This document shows positions 47,947 through 57,399 of a DNA stretch of 64,000 nt, piece by piece. The position numbers and the translations under genes were made by a program. This DNA comes from an uncultured Erysipelotrichaceae bacterium (GTDB lineage Bacteria > Bacillota_I > Bacilli_A > RFN20 > CAG-826): contig CADCPN010000002.1 of the NCBI GenBank assembly GCA_902803375.1, forward strand, positions 47,530 to 111,529, read 5' to 3'. Under the pieces are notes generated by a model. It did no database searches and had not been told where the DNA came from. It saw only the letters and a list, made by a program, of their open reading frames with translations. Within the stretch, counting starts at the first letter, position 1. Each line of letters starts with the position of its first letter.

Positions 47947-48379
47947 ATCTTTTTGAACACGTTCAATTTGAGTCTATTATTCACGCTTTATTGATACAAT
48001 ACCGTTATCGTATTACCGATATAATTTTGCTGTTTTAGCCTATCCCAATAGAAATAAATTTAAAGAAAGAACAAAAGTCCCTTTTTATTTTTCACTTTCG
48101 GAACTAGAAATTTTTTTGGCAAACAAAGGAAACTGCAAAAATTTCGGTGGTTTCGATAAACTTTATAAAAGGTTTATGGAAACTTTGGTAACAGCTCAAG
48201 TTCCCTAAAAAGTAAGCGCTTTCTCGTTTTAGGCTTTTCTTCGACCAGCCCTAGCTTTTTTCGCGTTGTGTAAACGCTTTCATATCGATATAATCGCCGA
48301 TGTATTAATTACGGGATATAAAGGCTCGTGCACTTATAGGCAGGCACGCCTGGCATATCCCGAAGAAAGGAAAATGCAT

Positions 48380-49948
48380 ATGGCTACCTCAAAAGTCACT
48401 TATGCGCCGGGCACTCGCCCGGCAACCAAGAAGATCATGTGGATCTTCGCCATCGGCCAGATGGGTTGGGAAATCTTTGCCGGCATCATTGGCAACTGGT
48501 TGGTCGCTTACTTCCAACCGACCACCAGAGACGGCCTCCCGCAGTTCATCCAGCAGGGAACCGTTTGGTGGGTTCTCACCGTCATCGGCGTCATCACCGC
48601 CATCGGCCGTATCTTCGACGCCGTTACCGACCCGCTCGTGGCGAATTGGTCCGATAACAGCAAAAACAAGCGCGGACGTCGTATCCCGTTCATGTTCTGG
48701 GCTACCTTCCCGCTAGCGATCATCACGGTCCTCATCTTCGCCGTTCACATCCCTGAAACCGTTGCGAACTACCAGATCTGGAACGCCGTTCTCCTCGCGG
48801 TTCTTCTCTTGGGCTTCTACTTCGCCCTCACCTGCTACTGCACTCCGTACAACGCATTGATGGCTGAGCTCTCCAAGACCCCGGAAGATCGTATGTATAT
48901 TTCCACCGCGATCTCCCTAACCTTCATCGTCGGCAACCTCTTCGCCTTCGTTCCGTCCGCCGTCGTCGGTGGTCTCAAAGGCGTTATGTCCGCCGCCACC
49001 GCCTACAACGTCGTCTTCATCGTCCTCGCCGTCATCGGCGTCGTCTGCTGCCTATTGCCGACCCTTCTCATCAAGGAACCGGAATTCGTTACTCCTGTCG
49101 CCGAAGAAAAGAAGTCCAATGTCTTCAAATCCTTGGGCGCTACCTTCAAGAACAAAGAATTCATCGTCTTCGTCATCTCCGATATCTGCTACTTCATTGG
49201 TCTAACCATGTTCCAGACCGGCTTGCAGAAATACGTCGTCACCCTCTTCGGCCTCTCCGAAGGCTGGACCACCTATTTGCTCGGCATCATGACCTTGCTC
49301 TCCGTCGCCCTTTACTTCTTCGTTACCCCGCTAACCAAGAAATTCGGCAAGAAGAAACTTCTCATCACCGCCTTCATCTGGTTCGCCGTCGTCTTCCTAG
49401 TCGCTGCTCTTGGCGTCTCTGGAACCGTCACTTACTACACCGCTGCTAACGACGCTTCCGTCGCTACCCTCGCCTCTGCTGGCGTCCTTAAGATGCCTGG
49501 CATCGTCCTTGGCCTATTCGTCGCCGTCTTCGCCGCTTTTCCGATGGCAATCCTTGGCATCTTGCCGCAGTCCATCGTCGCCGACATCGCTGCCGAAGAC
49601 ACCATCAAGACCGGCGAAAAGCGTGAGGGTATGTTCTATGCCGCTCGTACTTTCGCCTTCAAAATGGGTCAGTCCGTCGCCATGGTCCTCTTCTCCACCT
49701 TCGCCATGATCGGTGCCTTCGAGGGCTATAGCCGCAACGTCTACACCGAAGCCAATGGTTCTGAGACTGTTGAGTTCATCAAGGGCTCCGTCGTCGATGG
49801 CAACGGCTATCGCATCGCCCTCATCGTTGCCGCCGCCTTCGTTATCCTTGGCGCCATCGTCATCTCCTTCTACAACGAGAAGAAGGTTAACGAAACCATC
49901 GCCAGCGCTACCAAGCTCGCCGAAAGACCCGCCGAAGAAGCTAAGTAA
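48380..49948 (+). CDS. MFS-type (GPH-like) cation symporter.
   Basis: About 12 TM, G-rich TM1-2, loop WSDNSKNKRGRRIPF (an MFS/GPH D-R-K loop analogue). The start is set at ATG 48380 (or 48374) after AGGAAA. The track start at 48266 is rejected. Confidence 0.6.
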   Translation: MATSKVTYAPGTRPATKKIMWIFAIGQMGWEIFAGIIGNWLVAYFQPTTRDGLPQFIQQGTVWWVLTVIGVITAIGRIFDAVTDPLVANWSDNSKNKRGRRIPFMFWATFPLAIITVLIFAVHIPETVANYQIWNAVLLAVLLLGFYFALTCYCTPYNALMAELSKTPEDRMYISTAISLTFIVGNLFAFVPSAVVGGLKGVMSAATAYNVVFIVLAVIGVVCCLLPTLLIKEPEFVTPVAEEKKSNVFKSLGATFKNKEFIVFVISDICYFIGLTMFQTGLQKYVVTLFGLSEGWTTYLLGIMTLLSVALYFFVTPLTKKFGKKKLLITAFIWFAVVFLVAALGVSGTVTYYTAANDASVATLASAGVLKMPGIVLGLFVAVFAAFPMAILGILPQSIVADIAAEDTIKTGEKREGMFYAARTFAFKMGQSVAMVLFSTFAMIGAFEGYSRNVYTEANGSETVEFIKGSVVDGNGYRIALIVAAAFVILGAIVISFYNEKKVNETIASATKLAERPAEEAK

Positions 49949-49965
49949 TCATTTGTTTCACAGAT

Positions 49966-49999
49966 AAGACCTCTGAGTTAATTAGTGGTCTTTTTTTTT
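49966..49999 (+). terminator. Rho-independent terminator of the MFS gene.
   Basis: aagacc(tc)...(gt)ggtctt hairpin followed by T9. Confidence 0.55.
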
Positions 50000-50162
50000 C
50001 ATCAAATCGCCAAACTTCCATCTATCGGATTTTCCTTTTTCACAAAGTGGCAAACGAAAAAACCATAATAGGGTGCTACTCATTTCGGAAGGATTCCCAT
50101 GAAGAAGCGAGGCCTTAAGATCTCCGAGGATGCGATCCTCATCTTGATTCACTGCTTGCAAC

Positions 50163-50215
50163 AAAAAAGAAAGGCCAGGAAGCTAGTTCAGCTAGTTCTG
50201 CTTCTTGGCCTTTTT
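50163..50215. terminator. Bidirectional terminator-like hairpin overlapping the 3' end of the YjbR-fusion gene.
   Basis: aaggccaggaagc...gcttcttggcctt with A-rich 5' and T-rich 3' flanks. Confidence 0.3.
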
Positions 50216-50914
50216 GATTGTGCCTATCGCATATTCGCGGCTTTTTTCCACAAGCTCATAGAGCCTTTCGTCGCTCATGGAGTCGTCTAAGAGAATCGAG
50301 ATCCACATCGCATGGCTCATGTGGTAGCAGGGATAGACGCCTTTTTCGTTTTGGATAAGCGAAGGGATGAGCTTTGGATCTGCTTTGATGTTCATCACAT
50401 CCACGAGGTCCATCTTCTCCTCTTCGGTAAGGTTTTTCTTCTGCTTGGTGAGCTTTAGCCTCGGGATATTCATGATCAATGCATACCATTTACGGTTAGC
50501 AGCATAACGGAAGACACCATAGTCATCCCCTTCCCAGGGGAAATCAGGCTCTTCGCCATAGGCTTCTCTCACATGCTCCACGAAACGGTTGGATTGAGGG
50601 GAGGCAAACAGCTCTTTGTGGAAGCATTTTCCCGCGATATCGCCAAGCAGGGCTTTGTATTCGTCTCTAGCCGCGGTCACGAAATTGCCAGTCGCGTTGT
50701 CCGCGCGCAAAGGCGCATATTCATCCCCAGTATCGGCATCGATGACTCGGCCGCTCACCTCGCCGTTTTCAAAAACGGTGATTTCGGCCTTCAGGCCCGT
50801 CTCTTCCAATGTTTTGGAGTAAACATACCCCTGGGCAGTTTTCGCAAAGCCATAGGCCTCTAAAGCAGCAAAGTCAGGCTTTGCCCTTCCGAATATTCTC
50901 TTCTCGATTTCCAT
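50192..50914 (-). CDS. Two-domain protein: an N-terminal ~110-aa unknown domain fused to a C-terminal MmcQ/YjbR (DUF419)-like domain.
   Basis: C-terminal half ...GVFRYAANRKWYALIMNIPR...VMNIKADP...GVYPCYHMSHAMWISILLDD.MSDERLYELVEKSREYA fits the YjbR pattern (KwFA..., H.nk.W..v.ld). Confidence 0.45.
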   Translation of the reverse strand: MEIEKRIFGRAKPDFAALEAYGFAKTAQGYVYSKTLEETGLKAEITVFENGEVSGRVIDADTGDEYAPLRADNATGNFVTAARDEYKALLGDIAGKCFHKELFASPQSNRFVEHVREAYGEEPDFPWEGDDYGVFRYAANRKWYALIMNIPRLKLTKQKKNLTEEEKMDLVDVMNIKADPKLIPSLIQNEKGVYPCYHMSHAMWISILLDDSMSDERLYELVEKSREYAIGTIKKAKKQN

Positions 50915-50963
50915 GCCGATAATGATAACAAAAAACCAAGGCCGAGGGCTTTGGGCGTTGTCT

Positions 50964-52214
50964 TTATAGAATCTTCTTGATCCTAGAGATCATGAAGCGT
51001 CCTTCTTCCTCTGTTAGGCCAGAGAAAGCAAGACGGATGGAATCGTCGTTCATCGGAACGACATAGATGTGTTCCTTCTTCAGCTTTTCAGCGACTTCGA
51101 AGGCGTTTTTGGCCTTCATCGTCAAAAAGAAGCCAGACATGTATGGGAAATGTGGGATGCCAGCGCGGTCCATTTCCTCTAAGAACATCCTTGATCTCTT
51201 GGCGAGAACGTCTTTATTAAATTCGATTTCCTCATTTAGCCGTTTATGAAGGCTAGAATCCTTTAGAACCTGGGCAACCGCGTATTGGGCGGAGCCAACA
51301 GGAACGGAATAAGTGCCTCTAGCCTGAGCGCCGAAGGCGCGTTTGATGCCAAGCATTTCTTCTTCGTCGTGAGCCAAGGCGATAAGGGCGCCAAGCCTTA
51401 AGCCGTATAGGCCAAAAAGTTTGCTGCAGCTAAAGGCCACAAGGGGAAGGAAGTTCTTCTGGCCTTTGACGAGTTCATCGAACAAAGCGAAATGATGGCC
51501 AGGGTCGGAGTAGAAGGAAAGATAGGCGATGTCAAACAAGACGGTGAGCTTGCCTTCTTTTCCAACTTCATCAAGCATGAGGAATAGTTTTTCGTACTCC
51601 TTCTCGTTCATGCAGTAGCCAGTCGGGTTCTGGCAGGGGTCATTGATGACAAGAAGGGCGGATTTGCCCGCAGCGAATTCCTTGTTGATGGATTCGCGGA
51701 TGGCCCTTATATCAAGTCCGCCTTCTTCCGTGAACATGTTATAGGTGGCGAAGTTATCTTTAGCCTTCTTGGCGATCAGCATGTAGTTGGTCCACATGAC
51801 GCTGGGAAGAAGAACGGTCTCGCCCTCCTCAAGGAAAAGGTTGAAGGCGATGGAGATGGCGCCGGTGCCGCCTAGAGTGGAGCCGATGAAGGGATGATAG
51901 AGCTTGTTGATGGTCTCTTCCTTGTCGCCAAAGACATAGGAGAAGACGCCTTTTAGGTATTCGGGGTCGCCATAGACGTTAGGATAGCCCAGCGCACCGG
52001 TGATATTATTTCTAAGGGATTCATCGATAAGCGGGACCTTGCCGAGGGTCTTATCCTCATCCAAGAACGTTCCAATGCTGGCGTTGACGACTTTGTTGCC
52101 TTTTCTCGCGTCTTCCTTTGCCTCACTAGCGATGGCGATGATGTCGGTTTTGCTGACGCCGCCTTCACTTCTTTTTGCAACAAATTTCGCCATTGTGGAG
52201 CCTCCTATTTCCAA
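50964..52214 (-). CDS. Class I/II PLP-dependent aminotransferase (aspartate/aromatic-like).
   Basis: PLP lysine context FSCSKLFGLYGLRLG (SxSK). 416 aa. An N-P-T-G motif QNPTGYCM is present. Confidence 0.75.
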   Translation of the reverse strand: MEIGGSTMAKFVAKRSEGGVSKTDIIAIASEAKEDARKGNKVVNASIGTFLDEDKTLGKVPLIDESLRNNITGALGYPNVYGDPEYLKGVFSYVFGDKEETINKLYHPFIGSTLGGTGAISIAFNLFLEEGETVLLPSVMWTNYMLIAKKAKDNFATYNMFTEEGGLDIRAIRESINKEFAAGKSALLVINDPCQNPTGYCMNEKEYEKLFLMLDEVGKEGKLTVLFDIAYLSFYSDPGHHFALFDELVKGQKNFLPLVAFSCSKLFGLYGLRLGALIALAHDEEEMLGIKRAFGAQARGTYSVPVGSAQYAVAQVLKDSSLHKRLNEEIEFNKDVLAKRSRMFLEEMDRAGIPHFPYMSGFFLTMKAKNAFEVAEKLKKEHIYVVPMNDDSIRLAFSGLTEEEGRFMISRIKKIL

Positions 52215-52799
52215 GGACGATTAATCATAGTGCTTAAATAAAAAAAGTCACCTGATTGTCTATGTTTTCCTTTGCCCTCCCCTACATGAAGCCTATACTA
52301 CGTCCAGGGAAATGGTGTTCTTCCCGGCTACTAGCAAAACCGCCTTTCTGGGCTGATGGCGTCTGTCTCTGTTTTTCGCCTAGGCAGACGGCGGGCCGGA
52401 AAGGATTTTTCATAGGAGCTTCTTCCTTTGCTTAGGGATCATTCTTCTCGTTGGAGGGCTATTGGGGTTCCTGCTAAAAAGATTCGCCTGGCGTCGCTCC
52501 TAGGCTAACTTGCCTTAGGCATATTCCTCAGCTGCTTCGGATTCAGTAACCAGGAATTGCTCGGCATACCCTCTCAAAGAAGAAAGATCGCTTTAGGAGC
52601 GATTCTTTTGAAGGCGGGCTTCTCGACCTTGGCAACCGCCTGGGCAACGAGGCGATCATCGCCTCTGGCAATATCGTCTTATCCGTGGCCGTCTTAGCCA
52701 TCCTGCTCACCGCAGCGATATCCGCGGTGATTGTGGATCTAACTATACGAAGCTAACAAGGAAAGAAATTGCTCCCATTTCAGAGGAAAAAACGGCAAA

Positions 52800-52849
52800 A
52801 GAGTAAAAAAGGACTACGTTTCCCAATTTCTGAGGAAATGTAGTCCGCT
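52800..52849 (-). terminator. Rho-independent terminator of purB.
   Basis: GGACTAC(G/A)TTTCC inverted repeat. On the minus strand it is followed by TTTTTTTACTCTTTTG. Confidence 0.5.
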
Positions 52850-52853
52850 TTCA

Positions 52854-54155
52854 TTAGTCTAGGAGGCTAGGAATGCGGGAATAGACTTCTTTGGTACGGC
52901 GAAGGTAGTAGGCCTCGTCGAACAGAGAATCCAATTCTTCCTTGCTGAAAGCGTTTTGAATGAGCGGAAGCTTAGCGATGGCGTCCTTGAACGGCTCGCC
53001 GCCTAACGAAGCGGCGATCGCATAAGGCTGAATCGCGTCATAAGCCACTTCTCTCGCCACGCCTTTTTCCACAAGAGTATTGAGGACTCTTTGAGAGAAG
53101 ATAGCGCCTTTGGAAAGGTCGATGTTCCTCTTCATTCTTTCCGGATAGACTTCGAGATTGTTGATGACTCCGGCCATGCGGGCGGAAGCATAATCGAAGA
53201 GGATGATGGAATCGATGAAAGCGACTCTTTCCACAGAGGAATGGCTGATGTCTCTTTCGTGATAGAGGGCGTTGTCCTCCATGATGGAGGTGAGGTAGCC
53301 ACGGATCATGCGGGCGCAGCCAGTGATGTTCTCGCTGGCGATGGGGTTGCGCTTCTGCGGCATAGCGCTGCTGCCTTTTTGGCCTTTGGAGAAGCCTTCG
53401 GCAACCTCGTTGATCTCCGTTCTGGAAAGATTGCGGATTTCAACCGCGATCTTCTCCTCGGTAGAGATGAGAATCGCTAAGGCGGAGGCATATGCCTCAT
53501 GGAGGTCACGCGGCAGAACCTGGGTGGCAATGGCAGAGGACTTTAGGCCGAGCTTCTTCGCGACAAGGTCTTGGACCTCTGGAGCGATATTGGCAAAGTT
53601 GCCCATAGCGCCAGAAAGCTTGCAGGCCTCCAGCTCAGCTGCGGCGACTTTGAATCTAGCGACCCCGCGCATCAATTCATCGTAGTAATTCGCCCATTTA
53701 AAGCCGAAGGAGATGATCTCTCCATGCATGCCATGGGTGCGGCCGATGCAGGGGGTATTCTCATAGGCAATGGCCTTATCCTTGACCGCCTTCAGCAAAG
53801 AATCTAGGTGCGTGAGGATAACGGCATTGGCTTTCTTATAAAGCAAAGACATCGCCGTATCGACGACGTCGGTGGAGGTCAATCCATAATGGACCCACCT
53901 CTTCTCCTCGCCGAGGCATTCGCTGATCTGGCGGGTGAAGGCGACGACGTCATGACGGGTGATCTCCTCGATCTCCTGGATGCGCTTAACATCGACTTTG
54001 GCTTTGGCCTTGATGGCCTCGTAGTCAGAAAAGGGGACGACGCCTAATTCGACATAAGCCTCTAAGACGGCGAGTTCAATCTGCCAATAAGCCTCGAAAC
54101 GGGACTCATCAGAGAAGAGATTCTCCATCGCCTTGTTCGTGTAACGCTCAATCAC
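52854..54155 (-). CDS. purB: Adenylosuccinate lyase.
   Basis: Fumarate-lyase signature GSSAMPQKRNP. YGLTSTDVVDTAM is also present. Length 433 aa. Confidence 0.9.
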   Translation of the reverse strand: MIERYTNKAMENLFSDESRFEAYWQIELAVLEAYVELGVVPFSDYEAIKAKAKVDVKRIQEIEEITRHDVVAFTRQISECLGEEKRWVHYGLTSTDVVDTAMSLLYKKANAVILTHLDSLLKAVKDKAIAYENTPCIGRTHGMHGEIISFGFKWANYYDELMRGVARFKVAAAELEACKLSGAMGNFANIAPEVQDLVAKKLGLKSSAIATQVLPRDLHEAYASALAILISTEEKIAVEIRNLSRTEINEVAEGFSKGQKGSSAMPQKRNPIASENITGCARMIRGYLTSIMEDNALYHERDISHSSVERVAFIDSIILFDYASARMAGVINNLEVYPERMKRNIDLSKGAIFSQRVLNTLVEKGVAREVAYDAIQPYAIAASLGGEPFKDAIAKLPLIQNAFSKEELDSLFDEAYYLRRTKEVYSRIPSLLD

Positions 54156-55435
54156 TTGAAGAGCTCCTCGCGAATGATGGTCTGCTTATGGTCTGGACCA
54201 ACGGAGACCATGGCCACGGACACGCCAAGGGCCTTTTCGATTTCTTCCACATACCTCTTGGCGTTCTGTGGGAGATCGTCGTAGTTCAAAACGTTGGAGA
54301 TATCCTCTTTCCAGCCAGGGAGAGTGACATAAACCGGCTCCACCTTGGAATAGGAAGGAACATCGCAGGGCATGTAGTCGATAAGCTTGCCATCAATCTT
54401 ATAGCCGGTGCAGACTTTGATTTGATCAAGGCCACCTAAGACGTCTAGAAGCATCAAGCCAACATGGGTGATGCCAGAGATCTCTTTGACGTAGCGCAAA
54501 ACCGCAAGGTCAAGCCACCCGACGCGGCGCGGGCGCTTAGTGACGGTGCCATATTCATGGCCCTTCTCACGGATTTCGTTGCCAATCTCATCGAATAGCT
54601 CGGTCGGGAAAGGACCTTCGCCGACGCGGGTGGTATAGGCTTTCATAACGCCGAGAACTTCGTTGACGACGGTTAGCGGGAGTCCAGTGTTAACCGGGAT
54701 GGCGGTCGCTAACGGAGAGGAAGAGGTGACATAAGGATAAGTGCCATGGGTAAGGCAGAGCATCGCGCCCTGAGCGCCTTCAAATAGGACCTTTTTGTTT
54801 TGCTTTAGGCAGTCGCGAAGATAGGCGGAGGTGTCGGTGATGAACGGAATTAGCGAGGGCATGACCTCGTGAAGTTGCTTTAGGATGTCTTCTTTCTTGA
54901 AGGGCTCAGCACCATAGGCAATAAGTTCGCGGTTCTTGATGTTAAGCGCACCCTCAAGGCGGGATTCGAGCTGCTTCTCATCAAGAAGGTCGCCCATGCG
55001 TAGGCCTAAACGAGCGGCTTTGTCCTCATAGCAAGGGCCAATGCCGCGTCCGGTGGTGCCGATTTTAGAATTGCCAAGCATCGCCTCACGGGCGTGATCG
55101 ATGGCAACGTGATAGGGCAGTAGCATAGAGGCCCTATTGGAGATGAGAAGATTGAACTTGGTAACGCCTTGCGCCTTTAGTCCTTCTATCTCCTCCACCA
55201 GCGCGAACGGGTTGATGACCATCCCGTCAGCGAGGACGTTAACGACGTCTGGATTGAAAATGCCGCTTGGAAGAAGGCGAAGCGCATAACGCTTGCCGTC
55301 TCTGACGATGGAATGCCCAGCGTTGTTGCCTCCTTGAGAACGAACGACGACTTCTGCGCGCGAGGCGAAATAATCGGTAAGTTTTCCCTTACCTTCATCG
55401 CCCCATTGCATTCCTTCGATTGCCAATGTGCTCAT
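54152..55435 (-). CDS. purA: Adenylosuccinate synthetase.
   Basis: N-terminal GMQWGDEGKGK P-loop and GTTGRGIGP. The start is set at MSTLAIEG (55435) after AAAGGGGA. A 4-nt overlap with purB. Confidence 0.9.
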   Translation of the reverse strand: MSTLAIEGMQWGDEGKGKLTDYFASRAEVVVRSQGGNNAGHSIVRDGKRYALRLLPSGIFNPDVVNVLADGMVINPFALVEEIEGLKAQGVTKFNLLISNRASMLLPYHVAIDHAREAMLGNSKIGTTGRGIGPCYEDKAARLGLRMGDLLDEKQLESRLEGALNIKNRELIAYGAEPFKKEDILKQLHEVMPSLIPFITDTSAYLRDCLKQNKKVLFEGAQGAMLCLTHGTYPYVTSSSPLATAIPVNTGLPLTVVNEVLGVMKAYTTRVGEGPFPTELFDEIGNEIREKGHEYGTVTKRPRRVGWLDLAVLRYVKEISGITHVGLMLLDVLGGLDQIKVCTGYKIDGKLIDYMPCDVPSYSKVEPVYVTLPGWKEDISNVLNYDDLPQNAKRYVEEIEKALGVSVAMVSVGPDHKQTIIREELFK

Positions 55436-55554
55436 TGATATAAATCCCCTTTGCTTTTTGGTGTGTAACAAGGGATAGGCTTATTACTTACGGATTGTAG
55501 CACCGTAACATTTTCTAAATGCTTGTAAGCGCTAACAATTTCTTAGTCAAATCT

Positions 55555-56493
55555 ATGACATTGTCGATAAAGAAAATAAAAAGTCCCGATGAGGCTGGCA
55601 TTCTTTTCCATCAAAAGCCATTGTTATTGCGTTATAATCAACGCAGTTCCATGGTCTTGTTTCTGCTTTGCACAACATTGGGTCTAATCTCGTCGCTAGT
55701 GACGTACTTCTTAACCCCGTTATCCCAGAACCCGTATTACCTTTTCCTGCTTCTTGTCTTCATCCCCGCCTACGGAACGGCGGCATTCCTATTATTCGCG
55801 GGCATACTTGCCTTATGTTGTCCTTTTATCCGCCTCGACAAAGAGGTGAAACATCCGCATTGGTTTGCCTATTGGGCAATCTGCCAAGTCATTTGGATGG
55901 TCTTCTTCTATCTTGGCGTGAACGTGCATGTGAATGGAAAAGAGAAATTGCCGAATGGCAAGCGATTCCTGCTTGTCAGCAACCACCGTTCTAACTTTGA
56001 TTTCCTCTGCGTCATGGCCAAGCTCCCTTCCATGAAAGTCATTCCCATCGCCAAGAAGGAGACGGAAGATTACTTCGTGGCAGGCAAATGGTCGCATTTA
56101 GCAGGATTTATCCCGTTAGACCGCAACGACGCCTACAAAGGTTTGAAAGCCATCATCAAGGCGATAAACTATGTGAAGGGTGGCGAGGCATCCATCTATG
56201 TCGCCCCTGAAGGAACGCGAAGCAAGAATGGAAAGATGGGTGAATTCCATGCCGGCTCCTTCAAAATCGCCGAGAAAAGCAAACGCCCAATCGTCATCGC
56301 CTGCATCGCCAATACGGAAAAGATCCGCACCCGCTATTTCCGCGGCATTACCAACGTATATTTCGACATCGTCGATGTTATCGATAGCGACAAGGTCGCG
56401 GCAATGAATACCATCGAGATGGCTGAATATTCAAAAACCAAAATACAGGAGCATTTAGACCGCTACCACAAGGAGGAGACAACCAATGCTTAA
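55555..56493 (+). CDS. plsC: 1-acyl-sn-glycerol-3-phosphate acyltransferase (PlsC-like LPLAT) with N-terminal TM helices.
   Basis: HX4D motif VSNHRSNFD and VAPEGTRS. The start is uncertain (55519, 55555 or 55651). Confidence 0.7.
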   Translation: MTLSIKKIKSPDEAGILFHQKPLLLRYNQRSSMVLFLLCTTLGLISSLVTYFLTPLSQNPYYLFLLLVFIPAYGTAAFLLFAGILALCCPFIRLDKEVKHPHWFAYWAICQVIWMVFFYLGVNVHVNGKEKLPNGKRFLLVSNHRSNFDFLCVMAKLPSMKVIPIAKKETEDYFVAGKWSHLAGFIPLDRNDAYKGLKAIIKAINYVKGGEASIYVAPEGTRSKNGKMGEFHAGSFKIAEKSKRPIVIACIANTEKIRTRYFRGITNVYFDIVDVIDSDKVAAMNTIEMAEYSKTKIQEHLDRYHKEETTNA

Positions 56494-57358
56494 ACTATTC
56501 ACCGACACCGATTGCGATATCGATGAAAAGATTGCCAAGGAACACGACCTTGGCCTCATCTCCATGCCTTATATCGAAGACAATAAGGAGATTAAGCCTT
56601 ATGTCGACTGGCATGAATTCGATTCTCACGCCTTCTATGACAAGCTAAGAAAAGGAGAGCTTGCATCGACCTGCGGCTTATCCCCGGATAATTACATTGC
56701 CTATTTCGAGCCGGTCTTCGAAAAGGGAGACGACATCCTTTATGTCCACTTCTCCGCGAACATGACCTCCACGTTCAACGCGATGCGTTTGGCCCTTCTT
56801 GAGCTTCAGGAGCGCTATCCAGAACGCAAGTTCTACGACATCGACTGCAAGGCCATCACCATCGGCGCCCGCGCCATCGTCGAAGACATCATCGAGATGA
56901 AGGAAGCCGGAAAGAGCGTGGAAGAGATCATGAAGTGGGCCGAGACCGAAGTCGACCACTATGCCTGCTACTTCTACGTCGATAACCTTCGCTTCTTCGC
57001 CAAATCTGGACGCGTCTCCGGCATCTCCGCGACCATGGGTAACCTTCTAGGCATCAAGCCGATCATCAACATGGATTCTAACGGCAAGATGGATGCCGTC
57101 ACTAAGGCGAAGGGCAGAATCAACGCCATGAATAAGGTCCTTGATTACGTTGAGGCCCTCCAAGACGACATGAAAGGCCACCGCGTCATCATCGCTAACA
57201 CCGATACCCCGGCCTGGGCCGACAAATTCACCGCCCTCTTCAAGCAGAGATTCGGCGATGACTACAAGTTTGAATTCCTGCAGGTCAACCCGACCGCCGG
57301 CGCTCATTGCGGACCGGATACCATTGGTATCTGCTTCCACGCGAAATCCCGCGAATAA
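56486..57358 (+). CDS. DegV-family fatty-acid-binding protein, the second copy in the window. An 8-nt overlap with plsC.
   Basis: MLKLFTDTDCDIDEKIAKEHDLGLISMPY is typical DegV. Length 290 aa. Confidence 0.8.
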   Translation: MLKLFTDTDCDIDEKIAKEHDLGLISMPYIEDNKEIKPYVDWHEFDSHAFYDKLRKGELASTCGLSPDNYIAYFEPVFEKGDDILYVHFSANMTSTFNAMRLALLELQERYPERKFYDIDCKAITIGARAIVEDIIEMKEAGKSVEEIMKWAETEVDHYACYFYVDNLRFFAKSGRVSGISATMGNLLGIKPIINMDSNGKMDAVTKAKGRINAMNKVLDYVEALQDDMKGHRVIIANTDTPAWADKFTALFKQRFGDDYKFEFLQVNPTAGAHCGPDTIGICFHAKSRE

Positions 57359-57399
57359 GGCGAAAATATCCCCATCGGATTGCTCTGACAGGGGATTTT

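Noticed and set aside
52215-52853. A T-box leader or tRNA in the long ORF-free spacer.
   Set aside because: No GGGTGGNACCGCG T-box core, no GTTCGAWTC T-loop and no cloverleaf-compatible arrangement was found on either strand. It is left as an unclassified structured region instead.
56605-56630. tRNA-like T-loop string gaattcgattctcac.
   Set aside because: It lies inside the degV coding frame (HEFDSHAF) with no flanking acceptor or anticodon stem complementarity. A chance match.
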